DNA of 38,139 bases, taken from the NCBI GenBank assembly GCA_964220215.1, contig CAXPTH010000025.1, positions 1 to 38,139 on the forward strand, in the 5' to 3' direction. Below are positions 27,831 through 38,139 of the stretch, one piece after another. Source of the DNA: Alteromonas sp. Its GTDB lineage: Bacteria > Margulisbacteria > Marinamargulisbacteria > UBA6595. Under the pieces are notes generated by a model, which worked only from the letters and a program-made list of their open reading frames with translations, had not been told where the DNA came from and searched no databases. Within the stretch, counting starts at the first letter, position 1. The number at the start of each line of letters is the position of its first letter. The translations under genes and the position numbers were made by a program.

Positions 27831-28097
27831 ATGATTGAACTTAACGATCCCGTCTGGCTGCTTATTGGGTTTTTGGGCCAAGGTATTTTTGGCGCCCGGT
27901 TTGTGGTGCAATGGCTATATTCTGAGTATAAGAAAGAAAGCGTTATTCCCGTATCATTTTGGTATTTAAGCTTACTGGGCAGCGGCATCTTACTTGCCTA
28001 TTCCGTGCATGTTGGCGATTGGGTCTTTATTGCTGGATTTAGCTTAAACACCTTGATTTATATTCGAAACTTAATGTTAATAAGAAAAAAAGCATGA
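27831..28097 (+). CDS. Standalone LAB_N (lipid-A-disaccharide synthase N-terminal) domain protein
   Basis: IGFLGQ.IF.ARF.VQW.YSE.KKESVIP.SFWYLSL.G...LL.Y...IYIRNL. Confidence 0.88.
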   Translation: MIELNDPVWLLIGFLGQGIFGARFVVQWLYSEYKKESVIPVSFWYLSLLGSGILLAYSVHVGDWVFIAGFSLNTLIYIRNLMLIRKKA

Positions 28098-29056
28098 CAC
28101 AAAAAATTTCGATTGTATCGCCCATGCACAATGAATCGGCCTGTGCCTCCGAGTTTATTCGCCGGGTTACCGCTGTTATGGATGCCCAATTCCCCAACTA
28201 TGAATGCCTCATTGTGGATGATGGGTCCACCGACGACACGGCCACCATTGTCCGCGAGCATTTGCCCAAACACCCCAACGTCCGGCTTATTTCTTTAGCC
28301 CGAAACAGCGGACAATGGGCCGCCACATATGCGGGCATTTCAGAAAGTACTGGGGATTATGTGGTCATTATGGACAGCGATTTGCAAAACTTACCTGAAG
28401 AAATCCCCTGCTTGGTTACTGTGGCCATCGACGGTCAATACGCCTTAGTGTCGGGCAAGCGCAACCGGACGGATTCTGTGCTATTGCGTCAACTGCCCAG
28501 TCGAATTGCCAATGCCATCTTGCGTTGGGTCACCCAATGCCCCTCCAAAGATATGGGTGGCTTTAAGTGCATTCAAGGTGAATTGGCTCGAAAGTTGCAT
28601 ATTCGCGCTGGCCACCATCGATTTTTACCCATTCTAATTTGGCAACAGGGCGGGTCCGTGGTTGATGTTCCGGTCAGCTTCCCCCCTCGATTTGCCGGAA
28701 CCAGTCACTACGGGCTGTCTCGTATTGTGGATGTTTTTTTTGATATTTTGCTCTTTTGGCTTCAAACCCGGTGCAAAAACCGGCCGTTTTACTTATTTGG
28801 CCGAATCAGCGCCTGCCTAACGCTGCTAAGCCTAGGTGCCATCAGCTGGACCATCTATCAAAAATTATGGCTCGGCATTCATATGGGCACTCGGCCATTA
28901 TTTTTAGGCGGGCTCATTGGCCTTGTGATTAGCACCTTGTTCTTGACGATGGGGTTTATTCTTGAAATCACCTCCACCATTCAACACAAAGTGTGTCAAG
29001 AAAAACCATACTTTATCCGGTCAACTGAATCCGGCGAGTCTGAATCTAGTGATTAG
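28094..29056 (+). CDS. GT2 polyprenol-phosphate glycosyltransferase (ArnC/GtrB-like)
   Basis: SIVSPMHNE, VDDGSTD, RNSGQ, DSDLQ, HRFLP, RFAGTSHYG; two C-terminal TM helices. Confidence 0.9.
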   Translation: MTQKISIVSPMHNESACASEFIRRVTAVMDAQFPNYECLIVDDGSTDDTATIVREHLPKHPNVRLISLARNSGQWAATYAGISESTGDYVVIMDSDLQNLPEEIPCLVTVAIDGQYALVSGKRNRTDSVLLRQLPSRIANAILRWVTQCPSKDMGGFKCIQGELARKLHIRAGHHRFLPILIWQQGGSVVDVPVSFPPRFAGTSHYGLSRIVDVFFDILLFWLQTRCKNRPFYLFGRISACLTLLSLGAISWTIYQKLWLGIHMGTRPLFLGGLIGLVISTLFLTMGFILEITSTIQHKVCQEKPYFIRSTESGESESSD

Positions 29057-30492
29057 ATACCCTTCGCTGGTATATCGTTTTTAAAGCTCGTTAAACTAGG
29101 GACGTTATTCCCAACAAGCATTAGATCCGGTGCGATATCTATCTGAAAAAGCGTTTGGTTTCTAACCGCTAATTGAATTTGATTATGAAAGCCTTCGTAA
29201 TCAAAGTTTTTATAGTATTGGAGTGAGCTGGGACGATACACAATTACATGGGGCCGAGTTTGAGACAATGTGTCCCCATTGATCTCGCCAAGATACCGAT
29301 CCGCAAAAAACATGCCCAGCTCTTCCGTCGTATAGATATAAACCCCCTCGGGTATTGCATGGCGAACAGATTGAATGGCTCGCGTCACCTGATACCGTGT
29401 TTTTAGCTCCGAAAATGGCACGCCGGCATAATCTTGAATAATGGGCAAGCTGTTAATTCCAATGCCAACCACGGCTACACTAAATACAGTCAGTATTGGC
29501 TTGGGGTATCGCTGCAAGATTCGGGGCCAGGTCAGCTGGCCATCCAAACACTGTTTGATTAAATAGAATAAAATACACATTAACCACGCTTGTTGAATGT
29601 CGTGATAATGGCCACCCACCCAAAAAAAGCCCTCCGATTGACTTGCAAGATAGGCACCATATATTGGCAAAATATACAAAAACGATCGCCACCGCATTAG
29701 GTGAATAAACCCAAACGGTAGTAGTGATTTTATCATCATCAATGCTTTCAAACCCCACGCCGCCCATGGACCAAACCGGCTCTGCTGAACATTGATATGC
29801 TCAGGCCCCATTGACGGCATAATAACGAAAAAAATTAACAAGCCAGCCAAAACACCCAACGTGCACAGCCAAATACCTTGGCGCTTCTCTTGGGTTTCTA
29901 CAATTAAAAACATCCCCAATGAAACCCAAGCCAATGGCAGATGCTCTTTGAACAATACCAAAATTATTAGCGACAGCCACATCCAAACAAATCGCTTTTC
30001 TAGCGCGAAAAAAAAGGCCAGAACAAACAAGGGAAGCGCAATGCTAGTTGGATGAGAATTGGCCTTGATGGCCCCCATAATAATGTCTTGAAAGAACCAC
30101 CAAATGGGGATAACCGTAGCCCACCGCAGGTCTTTGAAATGCTTCTTCCCGTAATGAAAAAATAGCCATGAACATGACAAATAACTCAACACTTTCGCAA
30201 TTGGCAGCCACATGGGTGACGGAACGATTGCAATCAATGGCATTAGCAATAACAGCCCCGCATAAAAATGATCGTTCCACGGGTGGACATTCATAATGTC
30301 CAACCAATACTGACCATACTTCACCCAATGCAACAACGGCTGGGCTTGAATAACCGTATCCCAAATCGCAAACTCCAAGAAAAAATACTGCATAAACAAG
30401 TCGGAAATCCAATACAGGCTAAATGTAGCAAACACCACATAAAATACCCGGCGAGACGATAGCCAACGATACAAAAAATAGACCGGTTCCAT
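29053..30492 (-). CDS. Second DUF2079-like membrane protein (paralog of 26305..27729)
   Basis: WDT..QAQP, NDHF, LFKEH, HYHD motifs aligned with the first copy. ATG 30492 overlaps the upstream stop (TAATG). Confidence 0.7.
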   Translation of the reverse strand: MEPVYFLYRWLSSRRVFYVVFATFSLYWISDLFMQYFFLEFAIWDTVIQAQPLLHWVKYGQYWLDIMNVHPWNDHFYAGLLLLMPLIAIVPSPMWLPIAKVLSYLSCSWLFFHYGKKHFKDLRWATVIPIWWFFQDIIMGAIKANSHPTSIALPLFVLAFFFALEKRFVWMWLSLIILVLFKEHLPLAWVSLGMFLIVETQEKRQGIWLCTLGVLAGLLIFFVIMPSMGPEHINVQQSRFGPWAAWGLKALMMIKSLLPFGFIHLMRWRSFLYILPIYGAYLASQSEGFFWVGGHYHDIQQAWLMCILFYLIKQCLDGQLTWPRILQRYPKPILTVFSVAVVGIGINSLPIIQDYAGVPFSELKTRYQVTRAIQSVRHAIPEGVYIYTTEELGMFFADRYLGEINGDTLSQTRPHVIVYRPSSLQYYKNFDYEGFHNQIQLAVRNQTLFQIDIAPDLMLVGNNVPSLTSFKNDIPAKGI

Positions 30493-31235
30493 TACCGTCG
30501 CCACCGATTCATAAAAATAAACAGCACATTCAGCATAAAATCCCATTTATCCGCCATGCGCAATTTAGACACCCCGTGTGCCCGTTCGTCAAAGATAATG
30601 GGGTACTCCATAACACGGGCGTTGCACCGAGTAAGCTCCGAAACCAATGACGATTGAAACGAATACCCCGTTGTTCGAAACCGGGAAAACTGGCATTGCT
30701 TTAGGATCGACGCGCGTATACACCGATACCCGGATGTGCAATCCCGGATAGCAATCCGGCCACTCCATCGAATTAAGCCATTGCCAAGTTTACTAATTAG
30801 TGTTCGATACCTAGAAAACTGAACCATCTGGCTCCCGGATACAAACCGAGACCCAATCACACAATCAAACCCGTGTTGAATAATGTGAATAAACATGGAA
30901 ATATTGGCCGGATCATGCTGCCCATCGCAGTCCATCTGAATAATTAAATCTGGATTTAACTGGTCCATAGCATGCTGAAAGCCTGCGCTATACGCACGTC
31001 CAAGCCCGCGCTGAGGACAGTCAAGCATCGACACCGCCGCATGCTTTTTTTGAAGCTTAGCTATTTGCTCAAGCGTTCCATCAGTTGATCGGCTATCCAC
31101 CACTAAAATATGCAAAGCATGCGTTGAAATTTCTGTTTGTTGATCCAGTATGCCCGTGACAACAGACTGAATAGACCCCACCTCGTTGTACGTTGGCAAA
31201 ACAACAACGGCCTTATGCTGGGGATTTGCACTCAT
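30492..31235 (-). CDS. Polyprenol-phosphate hexose (mannose) synthase, Dpm1/Ppm1-like GT2
   Basis: LPTYNE, VVDSRSTDGT, GLGRAY..GF, QMDCDGQHDP, IGSRFV, DCTSGYR, GYSFQ, PIIFDER.HGVSK. Confidence 0.88.
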   Translation of the reverse strand: MSANPQHKAVVVLPTYNEVGSIQSVVTGILDQQTEISTHALHILVVDSRSTDGTLEQIAKLQKKHAAVSMLDCPQRGLGRAYSAGFQHAMDQLNPDLIIQMDCDGQHDPANISMFIHIIQHGFDCVIGSRFVSGSQMVQFSRYRTLISKLGNGLIRWSGRIAIRDCTSGYRCIRASILKQCQFSRFRTTGYSFQSSLVSELTRCNARVMEYPIIFDERAHGVSKLRMADKWDFMLNVLFIFMNRWRR

Positions 31236-31642
31236 TCAGTTTGCGAGGGCATTCACTACTTCAAGCCGGGCTATGGCTCGTTTTTTGGCATTTTCAGCTC
31301 GAACCATGTTGATGGTGCCATTGGTGCTTTCCAGTCGCTCATTGGCGCGCTCAAGGGCCGCTTCTGCCCGACGGGCATCTGTGGTTTGACTGCTTTCAAT
31401 GTAATGTGTCGTAATCGTCACGCTGGTTGGGGTAATCTCTGCCAATCCGCCTGGAATAAAATACGTGCCAGCGTCTGCTCCATCGACCACAAATTCACCG
31501 GGAATCAAGGCAACCAGTAACGGCGAATGATTGGCCAAGACACCAATTTCGCCCGTTGCGGTTGGCAACTTCACAAACTGAGGGCTGGCCGTTAAGGCTT
31601 CCCCCTCTGGAGTCACGATAGTCAACGCAAATTCGTCAGCCA

Positions 31643-31643
<1 letters not shown>
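31236..31643 (-). CDS. atpC: ATP synthase F1 epsilon subunit
   Basis: LTIVTPE, GEIGVLANHSP, GG.AE, C-terminal helical hairpin; follows atpD. Confidence 0.95.
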
Positions 31644-33052
<1,409 letters not shown>

Positions 33053-33067
33053 TTACTCCTTGCTTAA

Positions 33068-33925
33068 TTACGCATCCACGAGGGCTTCAGCACCCGCTAC
33101 AATTTCTGTTAATTCCGTAGTAATTGCCGATTGACGGGCTCGATTATACGACAATTCCAGTTCTTTAATCATATCCCCCGCATTGGTTGTGGCTGATTCC
33201 ATGGCATTCATTCGTGAGGATTCTTCACCCGCACGGTTTTCAACCACCCACTGAAACAATTGTGTTGTTAAATACTGACGAACGAGTTGATCCAACACAG
33301 CCCCTTGGGATGGGACATAATCGTATTGGCCACTGGCAGCTGTGCTTGTTGTTTCTGTATTAATCGCAATGGGCAACAGGCTTTCTACCTGAACCTCAAT
33401 GCGAATGGCCGAGTAAAATGCTTGGCGAACCACAAGTAGCTCACCAAATTCCCCCCGCTGATACCCCGCTAAAAAGTCTGAGACCTGATCTTGGATGCAC
33501 TGAAACCCATCGGAATCTGCCGTCCAATTTAAAGTATGCGCATCAATCCGATGGGATTTAAACAATCCACGGGCTTTTTGGCCAACGGCAAAGACCGTAT
33601 CTTTGTCCGTCTCAATTGTTGCCAGCGCTTGCTTAAATACCGCTGAGTTGAAACCGCCACACAGCCCCCGGTCCCCACCCAGCACAATAACATACCGAAG
33701 GGGTGACTGGTTGCGCTGAAATACGGCCGAGTCGTTGTCATGCGCTAAATCTGAACAAACCGTTTGAATCGACCGATTGATCGCATTGGCAAACGTTGAA
33801 AATGCGTTCATTTTGTCGTTCAGTTGCTTAAATTTAGCAGCAGCAACCATTTTCATGGCCCCCGTCATTTTTTGGGTTTTTTTGACGGAGGCTATTCGGT
33901 CTCGTAAATCGCGCTCAGTACTCAT
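33068..33925 (-). CDS. atpG: ATP synthase F1 gamma subunit
   Basis: KMTGAMKMVAAAK, DRGLCGGFN, RMNAMESATTNA, NRARQSAITTELTEI. Confidence 0.98.
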   Translation of the reverse strand: MSTERDLRDRIASVKKTQKMTGAMKMVAAAKFKQLNDKMNAFSTFANAINRSIQTVCSDLAHDNDSAVFQRNQSPLRYVIVLGGDRGLCGGFNSAVFKQALATIETDKDTVFAVGQKARGLFKSHRIDAHTLNWTADSDGFQCIQDQVSDFLAGYQRGEFGELLVVRQAFYSAIRIEVQVESLLPIAINTETTSTAASGQYDYVPSQGAVLDQLVRQYLTTQLFQWVVENRAGEESSRMNAMESATTNAGDMIKELELSYNRARQSAITTELTEIVAGAEALVDA

Positions 33926-35434
33926 TTAATCTGCAAATAAAGACCGAACATCATTCGCAACAGACTCAAAGACGGCTTTTGTTTCATCAGACAATACTTT
34001 TGTTGATTCAATGGCATCCAAAGCATCGCTATGATTCGTTGTTAGTCGTGCATGCAATTCTTTTTCAAATTCACGAATAACCGCCGTGCTAACAGCATCC
34101 ATAAACCCTTGCGTGGCTACATAAATACTAGCGACCTGCAAGGCTGGACGCAATGGCGAGAATTGATCTTGCTTCAACACCTCAATCAATCGCTTGCCTC
34201 GCTCGAGCTGCTGCTTGGTTGCTTTATCCAAGTCTGACCCAAATTGAGCAAACGCGGCAATTTCCCAATACTGAGACAAGTCCAGTCGCAAGCTTCCAGA
34301 CACCGATTTCACAGCTTTGATTTGAGCACTACCGCCCACCCGAGATACCGAAATGCCCGGATTTACAGCCGGCTTAATCCCCGCATTAAACAAATTGTTT
34401 TCTAGATAGATTTGTCCATCTGTAATTGAAATTACGTTAGTGGGAATATACGCCGATACATCCCCAGCTTGCGTTTCAATAATGGGCAACGCTGTCATAG
34501 ACCCAGCGCCTTTTTCATCCGAATACTTCAAGGCACGCTCCAACAACCGAGAATGCAAGTAAAAGACATCCCCCGGATACGCTTCTCGACCCGGCGGCCG
34601 ACGCAACAACAATGACAACTGACGATACGCCGTGGCGTGCTTAGACAAATCATCGTACACAATTAAAACCGGCTTACCGTTGTCCATAAAGTATTCCCCC
34701 ATGGCACAACCCGAATACGGCGCAATGTATTGCAACGTGGCCGACTCCGATGCACTGGCTGACACAACAATGGTGTAGTCCATCGCCCCATGATCTTTCA
34801 AGGTTTGGACCACTTTGGATACCGTCGCCTGTTTTTGACCAATTGCTACATAAATACAAATAACATCGGTGTTTTTTTGGTTAATAATGGTATCCAACGC
34901 AATCGTTGTTTTGCCGGTTTTTCGGTCGCCGATAATCAACTCTCGCTGGCCACGCCCCACCGGAATCATCGTATCGATACATTTAATTCCCGTTTGCATG
35001 GGCTCACCCACTGGCTGCCGATCACACACCCCAGCAGCCACACGCTCAACATCGTATCGACCACTCGCCTGAATATCCCCCATGCCGTCAATGGCATTCC
35101 CCAGAGGATCCACAACACGCCCCAACAACGCATCCCCAACCGGCACGGACATAATCTTTCCAGTGCGCTCAACCTGATCCCCTTCCCGAACCGTATTGCC
35201 GGTTCCAAAAATAACGCACCCGACGTTATCTTGCTCCAGGTTAAACACCATACCCATGACGTCATTGGGAAACCGAATCAGCTCCCCCGCCATGACATTG
35301 TCCAAACCATGCACACGCGCAATACCGTCCCCGATTTGCAGAACACGCCCAATTTCTTTGGCCTCTACATTTACATCAAACGCTTTGATTTGCTCTTCCA
35401 ATATTGCTGTAATTTCCTCTGTTTTTATGCCCAT
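33926..35434 (-). CDS. atpA: ATP synthase F1 alpha subunit
   Basis: [45 protein letters not shown]. Confidence 0.99.
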   Translation of the reverse strand: MGIKTEEITAILEEQIKAFDVNVEAKEIGRVLQIGDGIARVHGLDNVMAGELIRFPNDVMGMVFNLEQDNVGCVIFGTGNTVREGDQVERTGKIMSVPVGDALLGRVVDPLGNAIDGMGDIQASGRYDVERVAAGVCDRQPVGEPMQTGIKCIDTMIPVGRGQRELIIGDRKTGKTTIALDTIINQKNTDVICIYVAIGQKQATVSKVVQTLKDHGAMDYTIVVSASASESATLQYIAPYSGCAMGEYFMDNGKPVLIVYDDLSKHATAYRQLSLLLRRPPGREAYPGDVFYLHSRLLERALKYSDEKGAGSMTALPIIETQAGDVSAYIPTNVISITDGQIYLENNLFNAGIKPAVNPGISVSRVGGSAQIKAVKSVSGSLRLDLSQYWEIAAFAQFGSDLDKATKQQLERGKRLIEVLKQDQFSPLRPALQVASIYVATQGFMDAVSTAVIREFEKELHARLTTNHSDALDAIESTKVLSDETKAVFESVANDVRSLFAD

Positions 35435-35448
35435 AACACCATCCTTTT

Positions 35449-35985
35449 TTATACAAACTCACGCTTCAATCGCTCTAAATTACTCGCCACAGACCCATCC
35501 AGCACCCAGTTTTTAATTGTAATTTTAAACCCGCCCAACAGATGCTTATCACAATTAAATACTGGGCGTATTGACGCTGTTTGCGCCTGTTTTTTAGCCA
35601 ACGCAATCAACTTGTCTTTTTCAGCACCACCAATCGGCGAAGCCGTGGTAATGGTCACTGTTTGTGTGGAAGATAGCTGATCAACTTTGGCTTGAATGCC
35701 ATCTAAAATAGCTCCCGCTGATTGCAGCCGATTGTTTTGAATCAACAATTTAAAACACTGCTTAACCCGGGGACTGCCGGACTCTGGAAACACCCGGTCC
35801 AACATCCCAAGCTTGTCTGTTTTGTGCGTAGCTGGAGACTGAAAAAAATCCAAAACCCCCGGCGTGTCTTGCCACTTAAGCAAAACCTCTCGCACAGACT
35901 CAAGCAAACCAACGGCTTCCGAGTCCGAAATGCCAGCCGTTAATGCCGACAAATACCGATTGACAACAGCTTGAGACTGCTTCAT
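35449..35985 (-). CDS. atpH: ATP synthase delta subunit
   Basis: Lies between atpF and atpA; N-terminal RY..AL; C-terminal D..LLGG...VLDGSV. Confidence 0.9.
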   Translation of the reverse strand: MKQSQAVVNRYLSALTAGISDSEAVGLLESVREVLLKWQDTPGVLDFFQSPATHKTDKLGMLDRVFPESGSPRVKQCFKLLIQNNRLQSAGAILDGIQAKVDQLSSTQTVTITTASPIGGAEKDKLIALAKKQAQTASIRPVFNCDKHLLGGFKITIKNWVLDGSVASNLERLKREFV

Positions 35986-36467
35986 TACTGCGACGCCTTC
36001 GCCAAGTACCGATTAACCACAGCGCCATGCTGCGCATCGCTTAATGTTTCTTCGGTTAACTTCTCAGCGATTGATACAGACAACTTCCCTGAAAAATCCA
36101 TGATTTCTTTTTTAGCTTTAGCGATTTGCTGATCCACTTCTTTTTGGGACTCTTTCAACCGACCATCAATATCTTGACGGGTTTTAGACAAAAGTGTTTC
36201 TCGCTCTTCTTGAATCGACCGCTCGGCCTGCTTGCGCATCTCACGCACTTCCAAACGAGCCTCTTTTAACGCGGCTTCTTGATTTTGAAGCAGCTGCTCA
36301 GCAGACGCCTTGCTTTCCTTGGCATCTGCTAAAGCACCCCGAATCTGGTCTTCTCGGCTATCTAGAAATGCAACCAGCGGCTTAAACAAAAACCGCTTGA
36401 GCAACAAAAAGAGAACCAAGAAGTTCACCATTTGCATAACGATTTCATACGGATTGATTGAAATCAT
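35985..36467 (-). CDS. atpF: ATP synthase Fo subunit b
   Basis: Q.VNFLVL..LLKRFLFKP TM segment followed by a charged coiled coil. Confidence 0.95.
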   Translation of the reverse strand: MISINPYEIVMQMVNFLVLFLLLKRFLFKPLVAFLDSREDQIRGALADAKESKASAEQLLQNQEAALKEARLEVREMRKQAERSIQEERETLLSKTRQDIDGRLKESQKEVDQQIAKAKKEIMDFSGKLSVSIAEKLTEETLSDAQHGAVVNRYLAKASQ

Positions 36468-36482
36468 GCGAAGCCCCTGCGG

Positions 36483-36728
36483 TTAAACAACGAAAATTAA
36501 AATCAATGCGATAACCAAGGCATAAATACCAGTCGTTTCAGATACCGCTTGACCAATCAACATTGTTCGCGTGATCAAGTTTGCTTCATCCGGGCGTCGA
36601 CCCAATGACTCACACGCTTTTCCAGCCGCAAATCCTTCGCCGATACCTGGGCCAATAGCGCCCAAACCCATAGCCAAGCCAGCTGCCAATAGTGCTATTG
36701 CTTTAATAATAATTTGTCCTTCATCCAT
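36483..36728 (-). CDS. atpE: ATP synthase Fo subunit c (single hairpin, Na+-type signature)
   Basis: GLGAIGPGIGEG...GRRP...QAVSETTGIY; AAGGAGG SD. Confidence 0.97.
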   Translation of the reverse strand: MDEGQIIIKAIALLAAGLAMGLGAIGPGIGEGFAAGKACESLGRRPDEANLITRTMLIGQAVSETTGIYALVIALILIFVV

Positions 36729-36775
36729 TACTTAGTCCTCCTTGTATTGTCTACTCTTCACTTATCATACCAACG

Positions 36776-37498
36776 CTACACAACAAAAATCAACATCAAC
36801 GATACAACCATTGCGTAAATGTCTGTTGTCTCTGTAACGGCTTGCCCAATCAGCATGGTGCGCGTTAATAGCGCCATATGCTTGGGGTTCTTAGCCACGG
36901 CTCGATTGGCATTGTATGCCACAAGCCCATCTCCGATGCCCGGACCAATAGCGCCAAAACCAATGGCGCACCCGGCACCCAGGAGCGCAAACGCTGCGGT
37001 CAGCGTTGGCTCCGGTGTAGACATGATTAAAATCAACGACACCGTCAACGAGAAAATGGTTGCCGTTTGAGTCACCGCTTGAGCAATCAGCATATGCAAG
37101 GACAGCACATCGGTGTTTTTAGGGTTTTTCCCAATGCCTTCACAGGCAGCCCCACCCGGCAACCCCGCCCCAAGTCCAGACCCAATCGTGCCAAACCCAA
37201 TCGCAATACCGGCTGCGATAAACGTCACCCCTTTAATCCAACTCACACTGGCATCGGGCGTTTGAAACAACAAGACCAGCGCAATCACCAATGCAAAAAT
37301 AGCGGCTGTTTCTGTCACAGCCTGGCCAATCAGCATAGTACGAAGCAATGGGCCCGAGGCTTTTGGCTGACGCCCCAGCGCCTGCAACGCCTTCATGGCA
37401 ATAAACCCTTCCCCAACCGCTGACCCAATGGCGCCTAGGCCAATGGCCAAACCCGCACCCAATACTGAACATAGTTTTACGATTAAATAGCTTGTCAT
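36776..37498 (-). CDS. atpE: Triplicated ATP synthase c subunit (three fused hairpins, 240 aa)
   Basis: Three tandem c-subunit repeats with loops GRQP, GKNP and AKNP. Ion-binding positions are E63, Q144 and E223. Confidence 0.92.
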   Translation of the reverse strand: MTSYLIVKLCSVLGAGLAIGLGAIGSAVGEGFIAMKALQALGRQPKASGPLLRTMLIGQAVTETAAIFALVIALVLLFQTPDASVSWIKGVTFIAAGIAIGFGTIGSGLGAGLPGGAACEGIGKNPKNTDVLSLHMLIAQAVTQTATIFSLTVSLILIMSTPEPTLTAAFALLGAGCAIGFGAIGPGIGDGLVAYNANRAVAKNPKHMALLTRTMLIGQAVTETTDIYAMVVSLMLIFVV

Positions 37499-37500
37499 GA

Positions 37501-38139
37501 TTATTGCAATTGATTAATGTACGATACAGCCAACATAGAAAACACAAACGCCTGAATTAAGCCGGAAAACAAACCGAAGAAAGCGAACAAACCAACGGGG
37601 ACTAAAAAGTGGCGCAAGAGTTCGGACACAATAATAATGATAATCCCGCCCCCAAACACATTCCCAAACAATCGAAAAGAATGCGAAACCACGTTGGCCA
37701 CCTGACCAATTAAATTTAGATAAAAAAATGGGTTTGCCCAAAAAAACAACACCTTCCAGCCTTTCATTGGGAACGGATCGTCAATAAAGCTGCGCACATA
37801 ACCCAGCACCCCTTTGTTTTGAATCGCTGTTGCATGCGCAACCAAAAAAACCAAAAGGGCCATGCCCAAATCCGTGCTGAGCGAACGGGTTGGCTCTTTT
37901 AAATCCGGAAACGTCAATAGCGCTTTATACCAAACAGCATCGTACACAACATCGGGATTTATCCACGCATGAACAACCCCCATTAAAGTACCCACTGTTT
38001 TAATCACATTAGGAAAAATACCAATCCAATTGGAAACCAAAATAAAGACAAATATAGACAAAATTAAGGGGAGTAAGCGACGCCCTTCTTGCTTGCCTAA
38101 GGTGCTCACAACAATGTCGTCAAAAAACCCGATTACAAT
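37501..38139 (-). CDS. atpB: ATP synthase Fo subunit a, 3' part; start lies beyond the window
   Basis: SNWIG..P, EPT, SHSFRLFGN (essential Arg), LIQAFVFSML. The frame stays open to the window end. Confidence 0.95.
   Translation of the reverse strand: MVIGFFDDIVVSTLGKQEGRRLLPLILSIFVFILVSNWIGIFPNVIKTVGTLMGVVHAWINPDVVYDAVWYKALLTFPDLKEPTRSLSTDLGMALLVFLVAHATAIQNKGVLGYVRSFIDDPFPMKGWKVLFFWANPFFYLNLIGQVANVVSHSFRLFGNVFGGGIIIIIVSELLRHFLVPVGLFAFFGLFSGLIQAFVFSMLAVSYINQLQ

Noticed and set aside
34790..35680. 296-aa + strand ORF
   Set aside because: Antisense shadow of atpA/atpH with no motif. The same applies to the many short ORFs overlapping the mur, add, prfC and atp genes.

Overview
Bacterial chromosomal window, mostly housekeeping genes on the - strand. 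The gene content and the compact, divergent proteins suggest an uncultured diderm lineage, possibly Candidatus Margulisbacteria (an impression only, not verifiable here). Left to right: a cell-wall cluster (partial ftsW, murD, mraY, a degenerate murF-like gene, murE); a SigB/SigF-type sigma factor and galE; an HU-tmk-dapB-asd-methyltransferase run; an RRM protein, tRNA-Ser(GCT), SemiSWEET and a DUF4116-like gene; an ssb-addB-addA-comEA cluster with three parS sites inside the coding sequences; an AT-rich islet with two orphan genes and an IS5-like transposase remnant; an M4 protease with a T9SS-like C-terminal domain coupled to a PorV-like barrel; prfC; a GT2/DUF2079/LAB_N glycosylation cluster; and an F-type ATP synthase operon (atpB partial). 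The most notable observations are (1) a 240-aa triple-hairpin c subunit beside a normal Na+-type c subunit, implying a heteromeric rotor ring, (2) the protease/PorV-like pair, (3) a MurF-like protein without its P-loop in the murF position, (4) intragenic parS sites, and (5) a recurrent -10 box 6-7 nt before start codons, suggesting leaderless mRNAs. All family calls come from motif recognition by eye; no database searches were run.
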